DNA of 64,000 nucleotides from the human T2T-CHM13v2.0 reference genome, Homo sapiens (GCF_009914755.1 NC_060947.1), one strand, 5' to 3'; shown: positions 41,015 through 56,658, counted from the stretch's first letter. Translations and numbers: made by a program. The notes: generated by a model not told the origin, from the letters alone.

Positions 41015-43094
41015 TAGATTCAATGCTATTCCCATCAAGCTACCATTGACCTTCTTCACAGAATTAGAAAAAACTACTTTTAGTTTTATATGGAACCAAA
41101 AAAGAGCCTTTATAGCCAAGACAATCCTAAGCAAAAAGAACAAAGCTGGAGGCATCACACTACCTGACATCAAACTATACTACAAGGCTACAGTAACCAA
41201 AAGGGCATGGTATTGGTACCAAAACAGATATATAGACCAACGGAACAAAACAAAGGCCTCAGAAATAATGCAACACATCTACAACCATCTGATCTTTGAC
41301 AAACCTGACAAAAACAAGCAATGAGGAAAGAATTCCCTATTTAATAAATGGTGTTGGGAAAACTGGCTAGCCATAGGCAGAAAACTGAAACTGGACCCCT
41401 TCCTTACACCTTATACAAAAATTAACTCAAGATGGATTAAAGACTTAAATGTAAGATCTAAAACCATAAAAACCCTAGAAGAAAACCTAGGCAATACCAT
41501 TCAAGACATAGGCATGGGCAAAGACTTCATGACTAAAACACCAAAAGCAATTGCAACAAAAGCCAGAATTGACAAATGTGATCTAATTAAACTAAAGAGC
41601 TTCTGCACAGCAAAAGAAACTATCTTCAGAATGAACAGGCAACCTACAGAATGGGAGAAAATTTTTGCAATCTACCCATCTGACAAAGGGCTAATATCCA
41701 GCATCTACAAGGAACTTAAACAAATTTACAAGAAAAAAACAAAACAAAACAACCCTATCAAAAAGTGGGCGAAGGATATGAACAGACACCTTCAAAAGAA
41801 GACATGTATGTGGCCAACGAACATATGAAAAAAAGCTCATCATCACTGGTCATTAGAGAAATGCAAATGAAAACCACAGTGAGATACCATCTCATGCCAG
41901 TTAGAATGGTGATCATTAAAAAGTCAGGAAACAACAGATGCTGGAGAGGATGTAGAGAAATAGAGATGCTTTTATACTGTTGGTGGGAGTGTAAATCAGT
42001 TCAGCCATTGTGGAAGACAGTGTGGTGATTCCTCAAGGATCTAGAACTAGAAATACCATTTGACCCAGCAATCCCATTACTGGGTATATACCCAAAGGAT
42101 TATAAATCATTCTACTATAAAGACACGTGCACACGCATGTTTATTGCAGCACTATTCACAATGGCAAAGACTTGGAACCAACACAAATGCTCATCAATGT
42201 TAGACTGGTTAAAGAAAATGTGGCACATATATACCACGGAATACTATGCAACCATAAAAAAAGAGTGAGTTCATGTTTCTTTCAACGACATGGTTGAAGC
42301 TGGAAACCATGATTCTCGGCCGAATTACACAAGATCAGAAAACCAAACACTACATGTTGTCACTCATAAGTGGGAGCTGAGCAATGAGAACACATGGACA
42401 CAGGGAGGGAAACATCACACACCAGGGCCTGTCGAGAGGTGGGAGGCTAGGGGAGGGATAGCATTAGGAGAAATACCTAATGTAGATGACAGGCTGATGG
42501 GTGCAGCAAACCACCATGGCACATGTATACCTATGTAATAAACCTGTATGTTCTGCACATGTATCCCAGAACTTAAAGTATAATTTAAAAATGCATTTGC
42601 TGTGTATGTTAACCTACTTGTCTCTTCTACTTTTAAATTTTTTGAACTGTGTGAATTTATTACCTAGTGAAAAATATAAACTTCATTATTTAAAATCTAA
42701 TAATGTGAATGACAATTTTTATTTACACAAACAAAACGAGGTCTCATCAGTCACACACCTAACCTTGGCCATGCTGTTTCCTCAACCTAAACTGCCCTTC
42801 CCCTTCCTTCTAGCTTCTCTGAATGGCTACATTTGTGCTGCCCATTCTGGTGGGCACAAGCTGCACATGGGTATTAAGCACTTGAAATGTGACTAGTCCA
42901 AATTGAGATGTGCTGTAAGTATAAAATCCACACCAGAATATGAACACTCAGTATGAAAAAAGAATCTCAAATATCTGTATAATTTTATGATCTTCATTAC
43001 ATGTTAAAATGAGAATATTTTAGACATGTTGGGTTTTAAAAGATACAATTAAAATTAACTTCAGCTTCCTTCTACTTTTTAAATATGGCTAGTA

Positions 43095-43410
<316 letters not shown>

Positions 43411-43426
43411 CTGAAAAGAAACATAT

Positions 43427-43984
<558 letters not shown>

Positions 43985-44675
43985 TCACTCCCTAACCTGT
44001 GTTCAAGGCCCTGGAGGGAAAGGCCCAGTCAACTTCCTCTCTGCATCCTTCAGAGTCTTTGCCAACTGGGTATAGAGCGGGGCAAAGAAAACAGCTCAAC
44101 TGATTCAACTTAGATGAGCTGAAGTGAATATTTTGATGGGTACTGAGAAGCTGGCAGGATTAACCCAGAGGTCAACCCAGGACCAAGGGCCCAGCAAGCA
44201 GCAGAGGCTACTCCTAAGGTCATCTCCATTCCTCTGCCTCAAGACCCAGTGGCATGGCCCCAAGTCAGCAGCTCTACTCTAGAAAAGCAGGAAGAATGGG
44301 ACTATGTCAGAGGAAGGCTGAGATTTCCATTGCAGGTGCAGAGGTGAATAAAGGCCCGAGGGAGAGGGAACATATTTGCATCACCTATGAGCATTATCTT
44401 GTGTAATGCAGAGGCTATGCAAGTAGGATCTGGAATCAGAAAGTTGAGTGGAAAATCTAACTCTATTCTGTGAAAATATTAAAAACCATTGAGTTATATA
44501 GTTTAAATGGGTGAATTGTGTGATATGTGAATTATATTTCAATAAAGCCGTTACATAAAAAAATCATCTAGCTCTGCCATTGGCAAGCTGTGCAGCCAAG
44601 AGCAAATAGATTTCCTGTCTGTTCCTTAGCTTTTACGTCTATCAAAGGGAGGTGATAATAATAATACTTATCTCA

Positions 44676-45005
<330 letters not shown>

Positions 45006-45774
45006 TCACGGGGTTTCTGTGAGAATTAAATGAACAAGTGCACATGAATCATTTCATGGTATGCCTACAGTAAGTGCTCATTAAATACTGGCAGCTATGT
45101 TATTACTGTGTGCCAAGCACTGTGCTAGTCATGTCACACACAGTATTTCAATCATCACAATTATGTCATAGCAAGCATGTATTACCACCCTCATATGAAG
45201 GATGCAGAAATTTAGTCCAGAGAGACCCCACATTGATGTAGGTCTCTACTGGCAGAGCTAACATTGGCTTGTCCAGTTCCTGCCCCTTCCCCCTTTGACA
45301 TGCCTTGATCCACTCAAAGGACTTCTGGTCACCTTCAGGGCAGAAGTCTCAGCCACTGCTTCCCCTGAGTGCCAGTGAGGTCCAAGGAGTTCTGATAGGC
45401 CTTTCTCTAGGAATGTGCCTTGGCACCGGCCTGGCATGGGGTCTCCAGCCAGCTCTTTAGAATGGAGGCTGGATCTAAGGTTCAGAGTCAACCCCAGAGC
45501 AAGGACCATAGAGTCAATGGCCATTGGGTCATGCTAGCTAAGAAAGCACATGTTCTTGAAGCCAACTCTGAGTTCAGATAGCTAAAGATTCATCCAAAGC
45601 ATTTACTGGATCCCAGGGACTGCTCTAAGTGACTTTGCATGCCTCATCTCAATGAATTATCACAATGAGGTAGGCTTTACTTCCCCAATTTATAGGCAGG
45701 GGACCTGAGGCTCAAAGAGGTGACTTACCCATCTGGAGCAAGAAATCAAACCCAGGCCCCATTTGCTCACCAAC

Positions 45775-46680
45775 TCTATTCATTCATATTTCTTATTCTT
45801 TCATTCATTAATCACCAATTAGTTACTGAGGACACAATGTGAATTAATTCTGTTATAGAAACAAGACTGGGGGAGAACTGAGGAGGAAGAAACCCAATGA
45901 CAGCTGGGAGGGGTGTGTGTGTGTGTTGTGGGGAGCATTGGCAGACAGTGAATGTCTCCCAGACAAAGCATTGATTGAAGAATAAACACGATTTCACTGG
46001 GGGTGGGGAAGGGAGAAGGGGAAGATGTTTTAGGGGAGGGAACAGCTTGGGCAGGGCTGTCAGAATGCAGTGTGTTTTGTGGCTGATGAGAGACAAGATG
46101 GAATGTGATGGGGCCTGTAGAGGACATGCGGGACAGTGCAGGAGGTGGACCTGCAACCTGTATCTTACAGGTCTTGTGTGCCAGTGCAAGGTGTCTGGAC
46201 TGAACTTGATGGGCCTGGGGAGCCACAGAGGATTTTATGCATGGTCAGTTTGCTTTGTAGAAAGACCACTCTGACAGCAGGGTGGAGTGCAGATCTAGGA
46301 GGCTGACCTGGAGGCAGAAACCCAGACAGAAGACCTTGGGAATAGGTCAGGGAAAGTGATAGATAAACTACAGTTGTGGCCCTGAGGACAGCAAAGAGGG
46401 GACAAATCTCCCAAGAATTGTAGTTGGTAGATGGGACAGGATGGATTAAAGGCAGAGGATGGGTGGAAGTCAAGGCTGATTCCCAGGCTCTGGCTTGGGC
46501 ATCTTGTTAGATGAGGTTGCCAGGCCCTGAGTCAGGAAGGAACACAGAGGAGGAGCAAACGTAGGGCACGTTGAGTTTCAGGACATCCAGGTATGGAATG
46601 GCTGCATTTGGAGCCCAGCGGTGAGGTCTGGGCTGGAGAAAGATTTGAGAACCCTTGGCTGCTTTCTTGATTCTTGGTCT
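45775..46680 (-). mobile_element. L2 LINE fragment
   Basis: TTTGCTTTGTAGAAAGACCACTCTGACAGCAGGGTGGAG, GTCAAGGCTGATTCCCAGGCTCTGGCTTGGGCA, GAGGTCTGGGCTGGAGA. Confidence 0.65.
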
Positions 46681-46984
46681 CATGCTCCTCCTATTATGTG
46701 CAACCAACGTCAAATATCTTCTGAAAATGGACAGTCCTGATGACACAGCAGAGAAACTCCCATTGGATTTGGGGTCTAAAAGCAGTCCAGCCAGGAGGCA
46801 GTGGGGTTTCTGCAGGGTTCATGCAAATGCAGCAAGACTCAGAGAGCTGGACTGGATGGAAAGACAAGAGGTCACCTCATCCAGCTTGGTTCTAGGCAGA
46901 ATTCCCCCTAAACCATAATTTCCATAAGAGCCCTCCCCCTCCCCCATCATAGCCAGTCAGGGAAAGAGCTGGAAGAACTCTGAG

Positions 46985-47130
46985 TAGTGCCAGGAGAGGA
47001 CCAACCGGAGTGTGATTTGCATATAATTTGCATAAGACAATCTGTTCTCTGGTAATTTTCAAGTGAAAATGTTATCATCGCTCCCGGAGGGTTACTGCTG
47101 CGTGATTTTTCTTTCCTTTGTTCTTCCGCA
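46985..47130. promoter_or_regulatory. Candidate enhancer with tandem POU octamers
   Basis: ATTTGCAT at 47015-47022 and 47026-47033, followed by ACAAT at 47037-47041; non-repeat sequence. Confidence 0.5.
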
Positions 47131-49494
47131 CACACAGACTGCCCCAGGTCTGCCCTCGAGGAAGGCTTAATGGAGAGGAGGGGCCAGAGAAGGGCTGGGA
47201 AAGGAGGGTCTGTAGCGTCCAGACCTGTGCTCAGTCTGGGGCTCCCTTCCCAGGGCACAGTGTAGACCCATGTTTCTATTGAACCCCCTCAGGGCTCTTC
47301 AGAGCCTCCCACCCCCCACCAGGCCTAGGCTGCTGCCTGCCTCCCCCTGACCCCTGGCTGCTGTGCTCTGGGGCCTCCCTTGGGGCCTAGCTGCTCCGTG
47401 GGGCCCAGGCAGCTCACAGCACAGGCCTGGCTCAGGGGACGTTTTCTAATAGGCGGATAATTGCCTCTGTTAATTGCAATTTGATTTTAGCAATTTTTCT
47501 CTAAGAGCCTAGAGGCCTCAGGCCCAGATATGGAAAGGAGGTGCATGGGTAGAGCTTCCAAGCTAGGGTCTAACTGCTCAGAACTTACCACCTGCTGGGT
47601 CTCCCCTAGGCTCTGCCCCGGCTGGGCAGGGGACTGAAGCCTGCACTTCATCTCACCCCACAGCCTCAGCTCCACAAGGACATGCTGCAGATGGCTCTGA
47701 GCAACACCCTCCTTTCCCAGCCCTGAGGGAGTAGTTTGGTGGAAGTCTCTGGAAGGGGTCAGTTGGCAGACACCCCAGGGGCAGAGCAGGAGCCCCACTG
47801 CAAAGCCTGGAGGGCTTCCAGCTGGAGCCAAGAGACTGCAGGAGTTCTCTCCCATGGCCATCTTTGTTCCTCAGACACTTTTCTGGGACTGCCAGCCTCT
47901 CCTCCCAGTTACCAGCCAGCTTTGTCTTCCAAGGTCCCTCAGAGCATGGCTTTTGGAGCCCAGCCACCTAATAAACCTAGAGCAGGTTCCTCTATTTTAT
48001 TTCTCTGTGCTCCAACTCCTTGGTCTTAAAGTGGGGAAATAATAGTATCTCCATGGTAGTGATCAAAGCAGTTAATGTGGGCCAAGTTCTTCAAGTTCTT
48101 CACCCAGTGCCTGGCACATATTAACTTCTCTATAAATGGTAGCTGTATTCTGGCTTTTACCATAATCCACATCTTGGGATACCCTGGGCAGGCCTCTAGT
48201 CCTGCAGCCTATGATCATATGGGTCCTCAGAGGCCAAGGTGGAATCATGTGGGAGAAAGGTGCCTTAAGGTGAGCATCCCTAAATGAAGCAGGGTCTGCC
48301 CGGGACAGGGCTGGGGGCTAGGAGGCAAAAGCGGCAGCCTGAAGTCTCCAGAGTGGAAGTTCATCGCTTTGAAGCTGGGTGCTTCAGGATGAAGAGTAAA
48401 TTATGCCTCTTGCCCATTCACTCTCCTTCACCTCTGCCTACCCATCCAAACTGGCCATTCCTCCACTAAAGAGGACTTCCTGGAGGAAGAGACCTCCAGG
48501 GAAGGGAGAGGTTTGTGGAGTCACATTGCTTCCTTGGAAAGGTATGTAGGCCAGATTCCTTTTCCTCTTGTTAGCTGTGAGCCTTGGGCCTCTGACTCTA
48601 CCTCTCCCAGCCTTAGTTTGCCCCTCTGTACCAAAGAAGCCACTCTATGTCCCACATGGGGTGGCTATGGGGAGCAGCTAGAATAACGCGTGGCCGCCTG
48701 CAAGTAGGTGCTTCGTAAATAACCATTTCCTCCTCTGTTCCTTCCCGTTCCTTCATGTGTAAGGGGAGCAATTCTCTCCCTGTGTTTATGCCTGTGTTGC
48801 CTGCCTCTCCCCACCCAATTCCTCAGCATGGAGGTGTCGGCCACTGCCTTCCTTCCCACTGCACACAGGCCTTCTCTGTAGCTGGCAAGGAGGGGGGAAG
48901 TGGAGGCAGGCAGTGGTTTGGGGCCCAGGGAGAGTGTCTCGGCGCCTGCCCACCACCTCTGGCCTGCCACTCCAGGCAGCATGCTAATTAAGACTGGAGG
49001 ACCCACAGAACAAAATTGCAGGCCCCCTGCCTCAGCCCAGCCCCCAGTGGCCTAGTGGGGAAATCTGGCAGCACAGACAGGCCCTTTGCTTTGGGCTTGG
49101 CGGAGGTTGGGTAGAGCTGGGCTGGGCAGTGGCCCAGAGAGGAAACAGAGGAGGGATTGGCCTGGGTCTCCGGGAGCCTGGCCTCTTAGGCAGGGCAGGA
49201 ACCAAGAGATGTGAGGAGAAGGCCACAATTTCTGCTTGGTCCTGGGCCATGCTCGGCCTGGTCTGGCCTGACCCTGCCTGTAAAGGAGGTGTTGACAGAA
49301 TGATGGGGTGGGAGGTCCCCAAATGGGGGCACCGCAGGGCCAGCATGCTGGGAGGTGACTGCCTGGTACCTTTTCCTGGGGCTTCTGGACTCTATTACCT
49401 ACTATAGATTTGTGAAACTCAGGGGAAAGTCCCTTTACTTCCCTGAGCCTCAGTTTCCTCTTCTCTCAAATGGGGCTGATGAACAATATGTAAT

Positions 49495-49755
49495 GAAAAC
49501 ATGCATGGAAATGAGGCATGCTAGATTCAGGAGAGTGGTTATGTCTGGGGAGGCTGAGAGGAAGGGAAATGGGCCAGGGCAGAAGTACATAAGGACCCTT
49601 ATCTCTATTGGATAGTTTTATTCCTAAAACAAGGCATGAAGCATGTGTGGAATACTGTTAAGATTTCACAAAATTGGGCGATAGGTACACAGGTGTCTGT
49701 TAAGGTATTTGTTTCTAGTTTCTTTTCTGTGTGTCTGAAATATTTCACAATCAAA
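49495..49755 (+). mobile_element. Old L1M 3' terminal fragment
   Basis: TTCAGGAGAGTGGTTATGTCTGGGGAGG ... GTACACAGGTGTCTGTT ... GTCTGAAATATTTCACAAT. Confidence 0.6.
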
Positions 49756-50130
49756 CAAATGTCCAGTGACAGCATCACATGCAGGATTTGAAATGTGCTG
49801 AACCTCAGGAATCCCTTACAAGAGTGAAGTGGACGTGCCCTGGGAAACAAACTCCAGTGCTGACCGGGACCCCGAGGCCAGAGGCATATGGCAATCTATG
49901 CATTTTAGGTAAAGTGAGCAGGAGAAAACAATCTCAAAATTCACATCCTCTTTCTGTGACGTATGCTTTCCAATAGGCATGTACACCTAACTAAGGAGTC
50001 AATTAAGTATTATAAGTAGGGTCAACGAGCTGGCATGGCATCTGTGGCACATATGAGGCAGACCCCTCTGTCTCCTCCGCCATGAAGTGCTGGAGTATTG
50101 GGTCAAACCTGATTCCAGTGACCACCTAGA

Positions 50131-50312
50131 TCACTGGTTCTCAGCTCTGGCTCCACATGAGAATCACCTGGGGAGCTTTTAAAACATACTAATGTCCAGG
50201 CCCCATACCCAGGGACTCTGACTTAATTGGTGTGGGGTGGGAACTGAACATTCGTATGTTTTAAAAGCTCCCCAGATGATTCTCCTGTGTAGCCAAAGCT
50301 GTGAACCACTGC
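50131..50312. mobile_element. MER5-type hAT-Charlie element
   Basis: CACTGGTTCTCA...AGAATCACCTGGGGAGCTTTTAAAA ... TTTTAAAAGCTCCCCAGATGATTCT...GAACCACTG (internal palindrome). Confidence 0.85.
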
Positions 50313-50877
50313 GCTACAGCCAGCAAGGCTGTTCCCAGCACCCCTCGGCCTCTCCCTCTTACCTGCTTTGAGAGAGGGCCCTGGAACCAAACACAAGCAG
50401 TCATCCTTCTCGGGCCAAAGCTGTGTGACCTTTTGCCTTTAGAGCACATTGCCCAGAATCCCTGACTCCTCCCTCAACCCACAGAGGACTGCTGGCTTTT
50501 AAGGACGGTGAGGAGGTGAAGAGGAATCATCCTCCACCATAAGGCTGAGTGAGGTTGTAATTAGAAATCATCCACCCCATTGGCTACTTCTCTACCTGCA
50601 TCTCCTGGGCCTCTGGCCCTGGTGGATGCAGCAAACTCCTTCCTGAAACTCCTCCATTGGCTTTCATGAAGACTTATTGTCCTGATTCTCCTCTGATCTC
50701 TCTGCCAATGCCCTCTACCAACACACACAAACACACACATACAACTTCTCTGCTTCCTCCTCTTCTGTTCACCCACGCCTCATACATTTCCACCTTGAGG
50801 TCTGGCTTTGGCACAAAATTTCTGTCTTAAGACACTTTCTGCTCCCTCAGCCACACTGCCCTCTTAAAAGAGGCTTT

Positions 50878-50984
50878 TCTTTTCTTTTCTTTTTTCTTTT
50901 TTCTTTTTTTTTTTTTGAGATGGAGTCTCGCTCTGTTGCCCAGGCTGGAGTGCAGTGGCATGATCTCGGCTCACTGCAACCTCC
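50878..50984 (-). mobile_element. 5'-truncated Alu (3' end of right arm only)
   Basis: T-rich tail plus about 65 nt of Alu ending CACTGCAACCTCC; TSD AAAAGAGGCTTT / AAAAGGAGGCTTT. Confidence 0.9.
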
Positions 50985-51795
50985 AAAAGGAGGCTTTACA
51001 AATTTCTTTCCAGCCCCATCCTCTTTGCCAAACTCCAGTCTCACATCCCCAACTGGGAGACACCTGGAATTCTCTCTAGCACCTCAAATTTAACATGGCT
51101 AAGCTAGATTCATCTCGTCTTCCATGTGCCCTCCACCAGCCATCTGGTCCAATTACTGCTCATGGTGCCACTGTTCACTCAGCTCAGCAAACTTCGGTCA
51201 CCACAAATGCTCCCTGTCCCTGCTTTCCCCTCCCACATCCTCCAGCCAGTGGGTCACCCTCCAGACTGTTGAGTCTCCTCTGGTCATGTCCTCTGCACCC
51301 CAGGATTTTCCTCCACCTCTATGCTCCCCACCCCTGCTTCAGTTGAGACCGTCTCATCCCTGCTGAAACCATCACAACTGCTGCTTCCACAGTGGCGCTC
51401 CTCCCTCTCAACACTCCTCCCCATTGCCTGTCCATAAAGTCACAATTCTTCAGGATAGGAGACAAGATCCTGTGCAGTAGTCTGCAACTGCACGTTCTAA
51501 CCCTCTCCCCATAGCTTCTGCAGGAAACCTTCCTCTCCTGGCAGGCTGCTGCCATTTGACATGCCTTGATCATCCAGGGCTCCACACTGTCCTCCAACAG
51601 TCTCAGTCTGCATGGAGGTCACAAAAATCATTGGCGTGCAGAGGCTGGTTAGGGAAGGGAAGTGAGGGATGTGAGCTGAGTTGGAGATGCAATCAGGAGT
51701 AGGGCAGTGTGTGGAGAATGGGAGTGGCATGCCTCATTTACAAGTGGTGACATTCTTCAATTCCCACCAATCATGCCCATGCAGGAATGAGGGCC

Positions 51796-52154
51796 TATCT
51801 TAGTTTCTTTGGACTGCAGTAACAGAATACCATAGACTGGGTGGCTTATAAACAATGGAAATTTATTTCTCACAATTCTGGAGGTTGAGAAGTCCAAGAT
51901 CAAGGTGCTGGCCGATTTGGTTTCTGGTGAGGGCCTGCTTCCTAGATGGCCATCTTCTCACTGTAACCTCAGTAGCAGAAGGGGCAAGGGTATCTCCGGA
52001 GTCTCTTTTAGAAGGGCACTAATCTCATTCATGAGGACTGCACTCCCATGACCCGATCAGCTCCCAAAGACCCCACTTCGTAGTACCATCACCTAGGGGG
52101 CTACGATTTCAATGTATGAATTTTGGGGGGAATACAAACATTCAGACTATAACA
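51796..52154 (-). mobile_element. MaLR solo LTR (MLT1A-like)
   Basis: TCTTAGTTTCTTTGGACTGCAGTAACAGAATACCATAGACTGGGTGGCTTATAAACA ... ACAAACATTCAGACTATAACA. Confidence 0.88.
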
Positions 52155-52724
52155 GGGCCCAATGTTGCCAGATCCTCTAATTTATCCAGAGAAGCCAGAA
52201 ATCCAAAACCTGAAGGTAAAATCTCTAGATTTTTTAAAATGTCAAATCATTCAGATTTTTGTAAAATTTTGAGCTGGGTCACACAAAACACATCTGCCAC
52301 CAGGTGCTGCTCATTGACTCCAGTCTTGCAATATCCAGGCTGGTTCCACACCCAGCCCTGCTTAGAGTTGTGCCCTCCTACCCCTCCTGTCCCAAGCCTC
52401 CCCAGTCTTCAAGGCCCAGGTAAGGTACAATCGAGCTGGTGAAGCCCTCCCTGGCTACCCCAGTCCTCTCCAACTTCCTGTGACCTTTAGCCTTCAACAT
52501 CATGTACCTGGCACCCTGGCTAGGGTGCTTAGGGAGGCAGCAGAGCACCAAGGTTAGAGGTTAGAAGTGTGGAATTGTAATTAGGCTGCTTGGATTTGAA
52601 CGTCGGCTTAGCTATTTATCAGCTGTGTGACCCTAGGCAAGTTTTTTACCTTCTCTGTGACCCATTTTCTTTCTCATGAGGTTGTTATATGGATTAAATG
52701 AGATAATCTATGAAAAGCACTTGG

Positions 52725-53239
<515 letters not shown>

Positions 53240-53899
53240 TCAATAAATGGTACCTGTTATTATCATTGCTTCTGGGGGTTGTTTGCTCACCATTTACATG
53301 TTCAGATTTTGCCTATTTGTCTACATGCCCAGAGAGAGCAGGAATCATGCCTTATAGCATCTTCACCCTCTATCCCTGAACCCTTCAATACCTTGTCCAC
53401 ACACTCAGGAGCACAATCGACACATGAGAAAATGTTGGTTGCAACAGATTGAATTCAATCGACAAACATATATTGCATACTGACACTATGCCAGGCACGG
53501 TGCTAGACACCAACAGCAAAGCACTGCAGTAGCAACACTGGCATTAGAATCAGGCACCCCAGCCTGCTGCTTCCTAACTGTGTGAGTGCTAGCCGACTGC
53601 TTCCTACCAGTAGCCTTCATTTCAGCATCTGTAGGATGGCAAGACCTCCCTATACCTAGGGTTGCTGGGGGCACTCTGGAGAGGTATGGGTATCCTTGTC
53701 TCAACTTAGGTAGCTTTTCTAAGATTTGAAGGAAAGTACTCAAGTGTCTGTTCATGGGCGGGAAGCTGGCAGATAGGCTGCTTCTCCCAGTACCTTCTGG
53801 CTCTGAGCCTGCGGCCCTGAGAGGTTTCGCTATAGATTGCCTCACTGCCCCGCATGTGCTGTCTCCAGCCTCCCTCTCAGGGAACACACTCCTGCCAGG

Positions 53900-53955
53900 G
53901 TGTGCGTGTGTGTATGTGTGTGTGTGTGTGTGGTGTGTGTGTGTGTGTGTGTGTG
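53900..53955. repeat. Interrupted (TG)n microsatellite
   Basis: GTGTGCGTGTGTGTATGTGTG...TGGTGTGTG... Confidence 0.95.
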
Positions 53956-54639
53956 GCCAACTTGACCACAGGCTGGATAAGACAGAGTAGCTTACATCAT
54001 AGAATCACTGCCAATTTTAAAGCAAGTTTTAGACACCGTTCTTTAAAAAGTTTCCTGAGTGTTTCTCATCATCTGGGTAAGCTCTAGGCCGCTTGGCCAG
54101 CTCTCTGCTCCCCACTCTTTGCTACCCTATGGCAACTCAAATATACATATATCTACATCTTCCCTCCCACTTCATTATGCTGAATAATTTGACCTTCTCT
54201 AGCCCCTGCCCTTATGCAGCTCCCAGACTGCCTTTCTACCTTTCGAAATTCACTATCATGCTCTACTTAACACTGGACCACTTCCTTTCTCTCTCACCCT
54301 TTCTCTTTGCCCTAGAGGGGAAGGCAGCGGTGTAGAGATGTATCCCCTATCCCCACCCCGTGTGAATTTTGTCTCAACCCCTTGGATGCTAGAAGTGACT
54401 TTAGTTGTTTGGATTAAAACTGTTTTTTTCTCTTCCATCATATATTCACATGTGTGTGCAGCCATGAAGCATTTAGCGCATCTAGCGCAGCACCTGGCCT
54501 GTGAAAGGAGACCCTTGTGATTAACCCTCCCCCCATCTTACCCTTCAGGTTCTGAGGCCACAGACTGGAAAGAGACTGATCCCTGTCCTCCACCTCACCC
54601 CACCCAAGAGCTCACCGTCCAAAGAGGGAGAGGAAGAGC

Positions 54640-55020
54640 CAGACACCCAAACCTGTGCTGCCAACAGGAGTAGATAGAGGAGGTGGGAAAGCCATCTAAC
54701 CAGGGGCTAGTAGGAAATCGCTCAATAGAAAGTGACATTTCAGCTGTGTCTTTAAGGATGAATGAGGGCAATGGGAGTGGCATGCAAAGGACAGAGGTGA
54801 GAAGCATCAGATAGTCCACCATGGCAGAAGAGAGAGTGGATATGGGTGTGGGGTCAGGGGAGGAGCTAGATTGGGGCCCACTGTGACTGGCCTTGAAAGC
54901 CAGGCTAAAGAATTTGGACTTAATCCTGTCGGCAATACTGAGCCATCAGAGGTTTTGTAAGTAGGGGAGTAACATGATCAGAGCTGTGTTTAAGGAAGAT
55001 TAATTAAAAATAATGTATGG
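54640..55020 (-). mobile_element. L2 LINE fragment
   Basis: GGCCTTGAAAGCCAGGCTAAAGAATTTGGACTTAATCCTG ... GAGTAACATGATCAGAGCTGTGTTT. Confidence 0.75.
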
Positions 55021-55089
55021 TGTGTTTAATTCATGGCTAGCCCTGGGCTTTGGAGAAGACGGGAGATGAAGAAAACAAGGCCCCAATGA

Positions 55090-55520
55090 GCAGGCAATTC
55101 ACAAAATAATGGCCAATAAACATATGAAAAGATGTTCAACCCCACTAGAATGCAAAGAAATGCAAATTAAAGCAACAATGAGATACCATATTTGGCCTAT
55201 CAAATTAGCAGGGATTAAAAATGATAACACTTGATGCTGCGGAGGGTTTTGTGAGGCGGTCCCTTGCTCACTGCGGGGAGGGGTGCGGGGGAGGGGGTCG
55301 GGCTGCAAATCACTTCGGCCGTTGGAAGGGCCGTTTGACAAGAAATAAGAAAAGCTTTTTAGAAGTGCACATAGTGTGACCGAGAAATCCCACTTCTAGG
55401 TATTTGTCCTAAAGAAATTGTGGATGTGAGTAAAAATTTATGCCCCAAATATCTCCCTGCCCTGGGTGTTATTTATAAAAGCAAATAGGTGGATCGAATA
55501 GGGGAAGTGTTAAAATTGTG
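55090..55520 (+). mobile_element. Old L1M(E) ORF2-end fragment
   Basis: ATGGCCAATAAACATATGAAAAGATGTTCAAC...AAAGAAATGCAAATTAAAGCAACAATGAGATACCAT; GAAATCCCACTTCTAGGTATTTGTCCTAAAG. Confidence 0.8.
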
Positions 55521-56205
55521 TGGCTGCGACCTCGGAGACTGGACCTTAACATTTCTGAATCCTCAAACGCTGGAGGCAGCAGACAAAACCGCTATTTCTT
55601 TTTTAAGCTGCCGGTGGTGTGTTGCCCGGGTCTCTAAGGGGAGCAGCTAAAATTTGTCCTGGGGGCAGACGGTGCCTTTGTTCCGCTAGGGACCCACAGG
55701 CGAGGCCTCTTGGTCATGCAGATGTACCTCAAGTACCTATTCATTGTCTTGGGGAGGCCCTGACTCCATATGCAGATGCGGTAAGCAGCGATGTTAAGCA
55801 TTCTGTTTAATAATGTAAAAGGCCTTCTTCATTGTGGGCTGGGCGGCATCTCTGCAGAATCTCTTGTGATGTTAAATGATTTTCAGCTTCCTTTGGCCAG
55901 GCTTTGCGACAGCATGGGGGCAGGTGGGGAGGGGTGTGGGGGGGTCGATGACAGCCCTGGCATGGGAATAGAAAGGACGGAAGAAAAGAAGCTCGGGTTT
56001 GAGGAGGACAGGGTCCCAGCAACGAGGCGGCAGCCTGGATTAAAGACCATGACCGCCAGCAGTGAGCCCTGGGAAAGGGCAGGGACTCAGAGCAAATGAG
56101 GCCGCTATCGATTGTAATTCCCCATGCCAGTATTACCCCAAGAGAAGTTCTGTACAGGAGAGGATTTTAGGTGGGCCATGGAGGAAAAAGAAATTGAATA
56201 CTTGG

Positions 56206-56658
<453 letters not shown>

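Noticed and set aside
50160-50285. Long hairpin as a possible miRNA precursor
   Set aside because: Explained by the internal palindrome of MER5; no independent evidence of an RNA gene
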